Shown here: piece by piece, positions 18,415 to 25,786 of the stretch
Layout: the number at the start of each line of letters is the position of its first letter
How positions within the stretch are numbered: the first letter of the stretch is position 1
Origin: an uncultured SAR86 cluster bacterium
GTDB lineage: Bacteria; Pseudomonadota; Gammaproteobacteria; Magnimaribacterales; D2472
Direction: 5' to 3'
Length of the DNA stretch: 64,000 nt
Assembly: GCA_902558395.1 (NCBI GenBank)
Contig: CACEDS010000001.1
Span: 72,180-136,179 of the forward strand
Translations under genes and position numbers: made by a program
The notes under the pieces: generated by a model
The model's database searches: none
Told to the model about the DNA's origin: nothing
The model's input: only the letters and a program-made list of their open reading frames with translations

Positions 18415-19482
18415 TTACCCTTTAATAAAATCAATTAATATCTTAGATAGTGGTTCTGCTTTAGTCCATTGAAAAAAATGACCTCCACCAATATGAGGAG
18501 CACTTTTTGCATTTGGAGCCATTCTCAGAACATCTCTCTCAGCACCATTTGTCACAGGATCATTGCCTGCAAAAACAGCTAAAAAAGGTTTTTCGGAAGT
18601 TTTAAAAAACTCTCTTGCTTTTCTCTGAGCATCTAAAGACTGATCAGGTATCATTGGAACTTGACTAGGCATTGCTCTAGGACCCATTTTATATGATGGA
18701 TTGGGGAAGGGTGCTTCATAAGCTTTCATCAAATCAGTATAGAACGGTGATATTTTTTCTAGTCCTATTTTTTGTAACAGAATATGAATATAGGCTTTGA
18801 CCGGAGATTTCCTAAATTGACTCTCCATTTGAAAGGAGTTAAAAAAACCAATTGGAAGATTTTTTGAATCCCAGGTAAATTTCTGCCAGTACATAAATTT
18901 TGTCGCCATATGCTTGTTTTTATCCATTTTGCTAACTTCTTTAGTCATTCCAAAGAAACTTATTTTTTTATTCGATGCCCTAAACTCATTTACTTCATCT
19001 ATAACTTCTTGAGGAGCATTAGGGTTATACGGAAGACCCGTATTACCCATAGCGATTTTTATAAATCTATCTGGATCTGCAGCCACCATTCTCAAACCAA
19101 TTAATCCACCCCAATCTTGTCCAAAAAAAGTTAAATTTTGAAAATCATTTTTCTTTAACCACTCTCCCATCCAATCAACTTGATTTTGATAAGAATAGTC
19201 TTCTCTGGCAGCTGGCTTATCTGACTTACCGTAACCAACTAAGTCAGGAGCTATAACTCTTATTCCTGCTTCGGTTAGAAATGGAATCATTCTGGCATAA
19301 AGATAGCTCCATACCGGTTGGCCATGCATAGCAAGCAAAATGGGACCATCTTTAGGGCCTTCATCAATATGATGAACTCTTACGATAGTTCCATCTTTAG
19401 TTTCTATATTTGTATAAACCGGCTCAAAAGGATAATTTTTGATATCCTCAAAGCATGAATCGGGTGTTCTTAGTACTTTCAT
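18415..19482 (-). CDS. haloalkane dehalogenase, HLD-I (DhlA-like), with enlarged cap domain
   Basis: 355 aa, alignable to Xanthobacter DhlA as I recall it: RTPDxxF...YPF.P.Y, HG.P.WSYLY..MIP...AG.RVIAPD..G.GKSDKP, nucleophile elbow QDWGG, acid in GNDPV, His in GGHFFQ. Confidence 0.8.
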   Translation of the reverse strand: MKVLRTPDSCFEDIKNYPFEPVYTNIETKDGTIVRVHHIDEGPKDGPILLAMHGQPVWSYLYARMIPFLTEAGIRVIAPDLVGYGKSDKPAAREDYSYQNQVDWMGEWLKKNDFQNLTFFGQDWGGLIGLRMVAADPDRFIKIAMGNTGLPYNPNAPQEVIDEVNEFRASNKKISFFGMTKEVSKMDKNKHMATKFMYWQKFTWDSKNLPIGFFNSFQMESQFRKSPVKAYIHILLQKIGLEKISPFYTDLMKAYEAPFPNPSYKMGPRAMPSQVPMIPDQSLDAQRKAREFFKTSEKPFLAVFAGNDPVTNGAERDVLRMAPNAKSAPHIGGGHFFQWTKAEPLSKILIDFIKG

Positions 19483-19512
19483 TTATTTTTTCTACTCCCC
19501 ACTAGATTAAAA

Positions 19513-19536
19513 AGTCTAATATAAAAATTATAGACT
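19513..19536. promoter_or_regulatory. inverted repeat AGTCTA-N12-TAGACT in the divergent LysR/operon control region
   Basis: 6-bp arms at 19513-19518 and 19531-19536. An overlapping TTATA-N7-TATAA sits at 19528-19544. It lies 31-54 nt upstream of the dehalogenase start. Candidate LysR-type site only. Confidence 0.3.
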
Positions 19537-19625
19537 TCATATAACAAAAATAAGCTTATGTATTGATTATATTTAATCACCCGTAGTATATTGTGCTCAT
19601 ATTTAAACAATGGGATTAAATTACA

Positions 19626-20519
19626 ATGCTTGATTGGGGAAATCTAGAATACTTTATCTCGTGTGCAAACCATGGCACTCTCAGTGGTTGTGCTAAAGAA
19701 ATGGGTGTCAATCATTCCACCGTCTCTAGAAAAATTGAAAAACTTGAAAAAGAATTAGCCATCAAATTATTTGAAAGAAGAAATTCAGGGTATGCATTAA
19801 CAGTCCACGGTAAAGATTTATACAAAGAGGTTCAAAAGATTGATTTTAAAATCTCAGCTCTAAAAGAGAGGTTTATACCTAATCCTGATTTAATGGATGG
19901 CAAATTGGTTATTTATAAACAAGGTGAGGGAGGTAAAAATATGACTAATATTATTACCAAACTTCGAAAAAATTTCCCAAACTTAAATATCCATATAATG
20001 AATCATTCTGACTCCAGTGAACTGACTACAGAAATGTATGATATCGGATTCATTGGAACTACCAGTCCGCCAGAAGATTCAATAGCAACTTTACTTGGTG
20101 AATTAAATATGCATGTTTATGGCAGCAAAGAATATTTAAAGAAGGTTAAAAATATTGATGATTTTGAATGGGTTACTTATAAAAGAAAAGATCAAGCAGA
20201 TACAAATTTTGTAGTAAATACTTTTTTTCAAAATCCAAATATAATAATTTCTTCAAACTCATACCAAGATGCTCATGCTTTTGTATCTTCGGGTAATGGC
20301 GTTACCTTCCTAACAGATTTAGATGGCGACAATGACCCTAGATTAGTGCCGTTTAATAAAGAAGAATATTCATTCAAAATTGGGTTCTATCTTATTCAAC
20401 ACGAACTCTCTCGATCTAATCCTATTGTTCGAGCTGTAAAACAAACTATTTTAGAAAATATAGAAGAGCTACTTCAGGGTACAAATTTTGTAACAGCCAG
20501 CAACCTAAAAAAGAGTTAA
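19626..20519 (+). CDS. LysR-family transcriptional regulator
   Basis: 297 aa with an N-terminal wHTH (LEYFISCANHGTLSGCAKEMGVNHSTVSRKIEKLEKEL) and a C-terminal substrate-binding domain. Divergent from the 10-gene operon. Confidence 0.9.
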   Translation: MLDWGNLEYFISCANHGTLSGCAKEMGVNHSTVSRKIEKLEKELAIKLFERRNSGYALTVHGKDLYKEVQKIDFKISALKERFIPNPDLMDGKLVIYKQGEGGKNMTNIITKLRKNFPNLNIHIMNHSDSSELTTEMYDIGFIGTTSPPEDSIATLLGELNMHVYGSKEYLKKVKNIDDFEWVTYKRKDQADTNFVVNTFFQNPNIIISSNSYQDAHAFVSSGNGVTFLTDLDGDNDPRLVPFNKEEYSFKIGFYLIQHELSRSNPIVRAVKQTILENIEELLQGTNFVTASNLKKS

Positions 20520-20568
20520 TTTTTTATATATAAATCTACTGTTGGATAATTCTCATACTCTGATAGTA

Positions 20569-20584
20569 TACAAACAGGTTTGTA
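20569..20584. promoter_or_regulatory. palindrome TACAAAC-ag-GTTTGTA upstream of the second TonB-dependent receptor
   Basis: 7-bp perfect arms, 61-76 nt upstream of the ATG at 20645. Candidate operator. Confidence 0.3.
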
Positions 20585-20644
20585 GATAATTTTATGTTAT
20601 CTTTTAATATCTAATTATTAATGTCTATAAGGGGGACTTTTATA

Positions 20645-23053
20645 ATGAAAAATTTATTTAATCTTATGTTATTTTTTGGTGTACTTCTAACACCCTTTAG
20701 TATAATCGCACAAGATTCAGAAGGAATTGAAGAAGTTATAGTATCTGCTACAAAAAAGGATGCTAGCGCTCAAGATGTGCCAATTTCACTTGATGTTCTT
20801 ACATCAGATCAAATTGATAGTTTAAACATTGATACTATGAGAGATGTTGCAGCAAGAATTCCTTCTTTAAGCACAAATTATAATACTGATCCGTTTCAGT
20901 CCTCAATGAGAATTAGAGGTGTTGGTTCAAGTCAATCAGATACTTCATTGGAGGCTGGCGTTGCTATTATTGTTGATGGTGTATATCTAAATAGAACAGG
21001 CTTGGGTTTAAATGATCTTACAGATATTGCTAGAGTAGAGGTTCTTCAAGGTCCTCAGGGTACCTTGTATGGTAAAAATGCTAATGCTGGTGTAGTTAAC
21101 ATTGTTACAAAATCTCCAGTTATTGGTGATGATGAGGGATTTATAGAAATAGAATCTGGTGATTACAATCAAGAAAGAATAACTGGGGGTATTTCAAAAA
21201 CCCTAAGTGATACTTCAGCAATGAGATTTTCATTTAATAAGAATGAAGCTGATGGTTGGATGAAGAATGTGGCCGATAATTCAACAGCAAATAATGAAGA
21301 CGATTTGACTATGTCTCTTAAGTTGTACTTTAACCCAAGTGATACTCGCTCCGTTGTTTTCACTCATACAGACACATCTAAAAACGGTAACTGTTGTGCA
21401 GCTGATTCTCAGCCTAATAACCCTGTATTGTTAGCTGGAGCATCGGTAACTGGAAAAACGCTTCAGAATAATGATACAACTGACTTTATTTTTTCAGCCA
21501 CCGATAGACCTCAGTTTGATTTAGATTCATCATTAACAAGTGTAAAAATAGATGATGATTTAGAAAAAGGAACGCTTACAACAATTATTTCAAGAAATAA
21601 ATATGACTTTTACAAAGGAGTAGATGCTGACTTTAGCTCAATTGATATGGCTAATTCTGACAGAAACATTGGAGGAAGCTCACTATCAACAGAAATTAGA
21701 TTTGCTTCAGATATGATTGGAAGCTGGGAATATTTAGTAGGCTTGTTCCATTACACCAGTGACCTCTATGAAAGAGGCGATAAAACTGTTTCCATAGGTG
21801 CTGACTGGGATCCAACTATGGCTGCTGTAATGGCAGGACTAAATGCAAGTATTGCTCAATTAACACAAGCTGTTGCGGCTGGATTAGCTCCTGCATCACA
21901 ACTTCAAGCATTGGTAGCCCAGGCTCAGGCTACTGGAGGACTAGTTGCTTTTGTTAATAGTGGCGATCGTATTGAAAACGATATGAAATGGGATGATTCT
22001 TTAATGGCTATTTTTGGATCTGCAACTAATCATATTAGTGATACCTTAAGATTAACCATTGGTCTTAGAGTTAGTGATGAGACTAAAGAAGCTGATCTGT
22101 ATGCTGGAACTATATTAGAGGGCACAATGACTCTAAGTCCAGGCATAGCAGCGGCACTTGGAAACCCAGCATTGGCTGGCGCTACAATTCCTAGACAAAA
22201 TGTTGCAGCCGCATGGCCTTTAAACGCATTTATGAATCCAGTAGATGACGAGTTCAAAAGAGAAAAGAATTCAACAACATACTCTATTAGTCTTCAAAAA
22301 GATCTTGCTGATGATGTTATGGTTTATACCTCATATGCAACAGGTTTTAAATCAGGTGGATTTAATTCTACCGGCGGTGATGATAGTTATCCAAGAGAAT
22401 ATAAAGATGAGGAATCAAGCAATTTCGAAGTAGGTATTAAATCAAGAATTAATGAAGGTAAAACTCAATTTAATGCAACAGTATTTAATATGGAAACTGA
22501 GAACCTTCAAGGTGTTTTACAAGTTCCAAGCGGAACTGGTACAGCTGTTTATAATTCTACAATACCTGCTAAAAGACTTGGTCTTGATCTTAATGTTATT
22601 CATAAGTTTTCACAAAGCTTGGTTATGAATCTTGGTTACATGAAATTAGATGATGACGATGCAGATATATCAACTAATGCTGCTGTTAGATTAACTCCCA
22701 AGATGGCATACAATGTTGGTCTTTCTCATTTCATGTCTCTTGGTAATGGACAAGTTCATACACGTATTGATTATTCTTATGATGATGAGATGGAAGTTAC
22801 TTCTAATTATTCAACATCACCTGCATTAGCAACTTTGCCTGCTTCATTCAAAGAGAAAAGAGATAGAGAAAATCTTAATGCAAAAATTGCTTGGTCTAAT
22901 AATCAGTGGGAGGTCGCTTATTGGGTTAAAAATGGTACTGATCAGCTATTTGAGAGATTAGTAACATCTCCAAGTCCCGTAGCTGGAGGTAACTTTGCTG
23001 TATTTATGATGAAACCAAAAACTCAAGGTTTTAGCGTAAAATATAATTTCTAA
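20645..23053 (+). CDS. TonB-dependent outer-membrane receptor, substrate unknown
   Basis: Start moved to the ATG at 20645 (MKNLFNLMLFFGVLLTPFSIIAQD signal peptide, preceded by AAGGGGGA). TonB box EEVIVSATKK, plug (VEVLQGPQGTLYGKNANAGVVNIVTK), terminal ...FSVKYNF. Confidence 0.9.
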   Translation: MKNLFNLMLFFGVLLTPFSIIAQDSEGIEEVIVSATKKDASAQDVPISLDVLTSDQIDSLNIDTMRDVAARIPSLSTNYNTDPFQSSMRIRGVGSSQSDTSLEAGVAIIVDGVYLNRTGLGLNDLTDIARVEVLQGPQGTLYGKNANAGVVNIVTKSPVIGDDEGFIEIESGDYNQERITGGISKTLSDTSAMRFSFNKNEADGWMKNVADNSTANNEDDLTMSLKLYFNPSDTRSVVFTHTDTSKNGNCCAADSQPNNPVLLAGASVTGKTLQNNDTTDFIFSATDRPQFDLDSSLTSVKIDDDLEKGTLTTIISRNKYDFYKGVDADFSSIDMANSDRNIGGSSLSTEIRFASDMIGSWEYLVGLFHYTSDLYERGDKTVSIGADWDPTMAAVMAGLNASIAQLTQAVAAGLAPASQLQALVAQAQATGGLVAFVNSGDRIENDMKWDDSLMAIFGSATNHISDTLRLTIGLRVSDETKEADLYAGTILEGTMTLSPGIAAALGNPALAGATIPRQNVAAAWPLNAFMNPVDDEFKREKNSTTYSISLQKDLADDVMVYTSYATGFKSGGFNSTGGDDSYPREYKDEESSNFEVGIKSRINEGKTQFNATVFNMETENLQGVLQVPSGTGTAVYNSTIPAKRLGLDLNVIHKFSQSLVMNLGYMKLDDDDADISTNAAVRLTPKMAYNVGLSHFMSLGNGQVHTRIDYSYDDEMEVTSNYSTSPALATLPASFKEKRDRENLNAKIAWSNNQWEVAYWVKNGTDQLFERLVTSPSPVAGGNFAVFMMKPKTQGFSVKYNF

Positions 23054-23064
23054 ATTTCAGAAAA

Positions 23065-23096
23065 TAAAAAAAGGGAGCATATGCTCCCTTTTTTAT
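23065..23096. terminator. bidirectional intrinsic terminator
   Basis: aaaaaaa-GGGAGCAT/ATGCTCCC-tttttt. The perfect 8-bp stem (23073-23088) is flanked by an A-run and a T-run, between convergent genes. Confidence 0.8.
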
Positions 23097-23108
23097 TGAT
23101 GATTATTT

Positions 23109-24323
23109 TTAGCTAGACAGAGATCTAATTGTAAGTTTTGCTAATTGCGACATATGAACTTCATCTGGACCATCTGCAATTCGACAAAATCTGCTTGTAG
23201 TGAATATATGGGCTAGTGGAGTATCCTGAGAAACGCCCATTCCTCCAAAAATTTGTATAGCTCTGCTAGAGACATCCTCACACATTTTTGGTGCAACTAT
23301 TTTTAACATTGAGATGTAATCTCTTGCAGCATCGATTCCGTATTTATCCATCTTTTCAGCAGCAGACAGAACAAGCAATCTACATTGCTCTATATCGCAC
23401 CTACTTCTTGCTATTTCATGTTGAACACTAGTTTTCTTAATAAGAGCCTCACCAAAAGCAACTCTATTTTGTGCTCTATCACACATGAGCTCTAAAGATC
23501 TTTGTGCCATACCAACAAACATCATGGCATATTGAAATCTTCCTGGACCAAGTCTGCCTTGAGCTATCTCGAACCCTCTTCCTTCGCCCAGAATTAAATT
23601 AGAAACTGGAACACGAACATTTTTAAAAATAACATCACCCTCACCACCTGGAGAGTGATATTCACCAAGAGATCTTAGGGCTCTTGTGATTGAAAAGCCT
23701 TCAGCGTCAGTAGGCACAATAATTGTTGAATGTTGAGTATGGCGGGGGTTGTCAGGATTTGATTTTCCCATGACAAGCATAAACTTACACTTTGGTGAAA
23801 TGACACCGGTTGTCCACCACTTCTTTCCATTAAGAACATATTCATCACCATCGCGTCTAATCTCTAGTTCCATATTTGTTGCATCTGATGACGCAACATC
23901 AGGTTCTGTCATTGCATATGCTGATCGAATTTCTCCTGCTAATAGTGGCTCAAGCCATTCTTTTTGTTGTTCAGGAGTACCGTATTTTGCTAATACTTCC
24001 ATATTGCCTCTATCCGGAGCATTGCAATTAAATATTTGCTGCGCCCATGCAGATTTAGACATTGTTTCAAAAAGGCCTGCAATCTCTAAATTTGACAAGC
24101 CAGGACTCCACGGAGCATATTCCTTTGGTAAAAATAAATTCCATAGTTCTTGTTTTTTTGCTTCTTTTTTTAAATCTTCATACCAATCAGGATATTGCCA
24201 GAGATTATCTTGATTGCTTGTAAATTCATCGTAGTCTCTTTCACGAGGATAGATATGCTCCTTCATGAATGCTTCAAGCCTTTCATTTATTTCTTTTGCT
24301 TTATCGCTTACTTCAAATCCCAT
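23109..24323 (-). CDS. acyl-CoA dehydrogenase (ACAD10/11- or FadE2-like subfamily)
   Basis: 404 aa with AMTEPDVASSDATN, KWWTTG and a C-terminal helical domain with IADGPDEVH. Confidence 0.9.
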   Translation of the reverse strand: MGFEVSDKAKEINERLEAFMKEHIYPRERDYDEFTSNQDNLWQYPDWYEDLKKEAKKQELWNLFLPKEYAPWSPGLSNLEIAGLFETMSKSAWAQQIFNCNAPDRGNMEVLAKYGTPEQQKEWLEPLLAGEIRSAYAMTEPDVASSDATNMELEIRRDGDEYVLNGKKWWTTGVISPKCKFMLVMGKSNPDNPRHTQHSTIIVPTDAEGFSITRALRSLGEYHSPGGEGDVIFKNVRVPVSNLILGEGRGFEIAQGRLGPGRFQYAMMFVGMAQRSLELMCDRAQNRVAFGEALIKKTSVQHEIARSRCDIEQCRLLVLSAAEKMDKYGIDAARDYISMLKIVAPKMCEDVSSRAIQIFGGMGVSQDTPLAHIFTTSRFCRIADGPDEVHMSQLAKLTIRSLSS

Positions 24324-24496
24324 AATTTTCTTTTTAATTAATTTTTAAAAAGTTTATAGCTATATTAATAACAATGGTATATTAAATTTTTATCAAGACC
24401 CTTTTAAAAAATAAGAACATAAAATTATTATGCACATCGCTATAAATAACTATAAGAGAATATATAGAAGAATTAGATGATAATAAGGAGACTAAA

Positions 24497-25213
24497 ATGA
24501 ATAAAAATATTGCAGTCATCGGTGCATCTGGAGCAATTGGAAATGCATTTGTAGAACATTACTCTAATGATCAATCAGTTAATACTGTTTATGCATTTTC
24601 AAGAAACAAACAAAGTTATGAAAATAAAAAAATTCAAAGTTACGAATTAGAAATTGAAAATCAAAATAGCATTCAAGATGCAGCAGAAAAAATTAAAGAA
24701 AACCGTCTAAATCATATTATTGTTGCTACAGGGATTTTGCACTCTGAAAGTTTTGGCCCTGAAAAAAGTATTAAAGATATTAATCATGACAGCATGACTA
24801 AAGTTATGAGCGTGAACACGATTGGCCCTTCATTAATTGGGAGATACTTCATACCATTATTAACAAAAGATACTAAGTCTGTTTTGGCCTTTTTAAGCGC
24901 AAGGGTAGGAAGTATTTCAGACAATAAATTGGGTGGCTGGTACTCATATAGAGCAAGCAAAACAGCACTTAATCAGATAATAAAAAACTTTAGTATTGAA
25001 TTAAAAAGAACAAACCCAAATGCAATTGTCTTAGGACTTCAACCTGGAACAGTAGATAGCAATCTTAGCGAGCCATTTAAGAAAAATGTAGCAAAAGGTA
25101 AGTTATTCACCCCAGAACAAAGCAGGGAGCTGCTTTCAAATGTAATTGAAAATGCAACTACAAATGATTCAGGAAACTTATTAGCATATGATGGAGAAAC
25201 TATTTCTCCATAA
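24497..25213 (+). CDS. short-chain dehydrogenase/reductase (CsgA/C-factor-like subgroup)
   Basis: 238 aa with GASGAIGNAF and YRASKTA (YxxxK). Confidence 0.8.
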   Translation: MNKNIAVIGASGAIGNAFVEHYSNDQSVNTVYAFSRNKQSYENKKIQSYELEIENQNSIQDAAEKIKENRLNHIIVATGILHSESFGPEKSIKDINHDSMTKVMSVNTIGPSLIGRYFIPLLTKDTKSVLAFLSARVGSISDNKLGGWYSYRASKTALNQIIKNFSIELKRTNPNAIVLGLQPGTVDSNLSEPFKKNVAKGKLFTPEQSRELLSNVIENATTNDSGNLLAYDGETISP

Positions 25214-25216
25214 AAT

Positions 25217-25660
25217 CTAATTGGAAATTATGCACAGATACCTTCTTGCTGTTACCTCATTATTTTTATCATACTCTGCAACAAAAGCATCTCGTGCGTT
25301 AACATCTGATTCGGTTCTTGTATTTTGGTTCCAATCCCACCATCTTTCCTGTTCAGGCAAAGATTTGTGAACGACATGAGTGCTTAACCTAAATATCTCT
25401 TCACTTGGTCCACCATCTTCTTCACTTGGCAAATATTGTATAGACGGTACAACCTCTACATCAAAACCTCTATCTTTATAGTAAGCCTCATGCATCTTTG
25501 TTGCATTTAGCCACCCCTCGATAGTTCCGCCTTCAATAAGTTTAGCGACATAGTAATTAGCTGGACTACCTTTGCAATCCGACGGTTTTGGAAAACCTTT
25601 GTGATCATCTGAGTAAATATTAAAAGAAATAATAGCTAAAGCTGTTATAAAGTACTTCAT
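25217..25660 (-). CDS. secreted protein of unknown function
   Basis: Start placed at 25660 (MKYFITALAIISFNIYSDD signal peptide, preceded by GGAGG) rather than the track's 25729. I recognise no family motif. One Cys lies near each end of the mature protein. Confidence 0.5.
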   Translation of the reverse strand: MKYFITALAIISFNIYSDDHKGFPKPSDCKGSPANYYVAKLIEGGTIEGWLNATKMHEAYYKDRGFDVEVVPSIQYLPSEEDGGPSEEIFRLSTHVVHKSLPEQERWWDWNQNTRTESDVNARDAFVAEYDKNNEVTARRYLCIISN

Positions 25661-25732
25661 TATTTTTAACCTCCAATAAGCAATAATATAAATTATTAAA
25701 ACACACTTTTTGTTACAAACTGGTAACAAATT

Positions 25733-25762
25733 TAAAAAAAAACCCGGTATAAACCGGGTTTT
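25733..25762 (-). terminator. intrinsic terminator of the proteorhodopsin gene
   Basis: On the minus strand: AACCCGG-tttata-CCGGGTT followed by a T9 run (plus-strand A-run 25732-25742). It sits 25 nt after the stop codon. Confidence 0.8.
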
Positions 25763-25786
25763 AAATTTTAAGTATCTATTACTTAA

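Noticed and set aside
20545-20563. A Fur-box-like GATAAT-containing sequence upstream of the second TonB-dependent receptor.
   Set aside because: Only about 10 of 19 positions match the GATAATGATAATCATTATC consensus, which is expected by chance in AT-rich DNA.
21820-21960. The relatively GC-rich Ala/Gln-rich segment inside the second receptor, considered as a foreign insertion or tandem repeat.
   Set aside because: The reading frame is continuous, I could find no exact nucleotide repeat unit, and low-complexity extracellular loops are common in TonB-dependent receptors. I kept it only as a note in the receptor finding.
23749-24213. A 154-aa plus-strand ORF inside the acyl-CoA dehydrogenase gene.
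   Set aside because: It is antisense to a well-supported ACAD frame. The Ser/Phe-rich translation has no recognisable domain, so it is most likely a shadow ORF.
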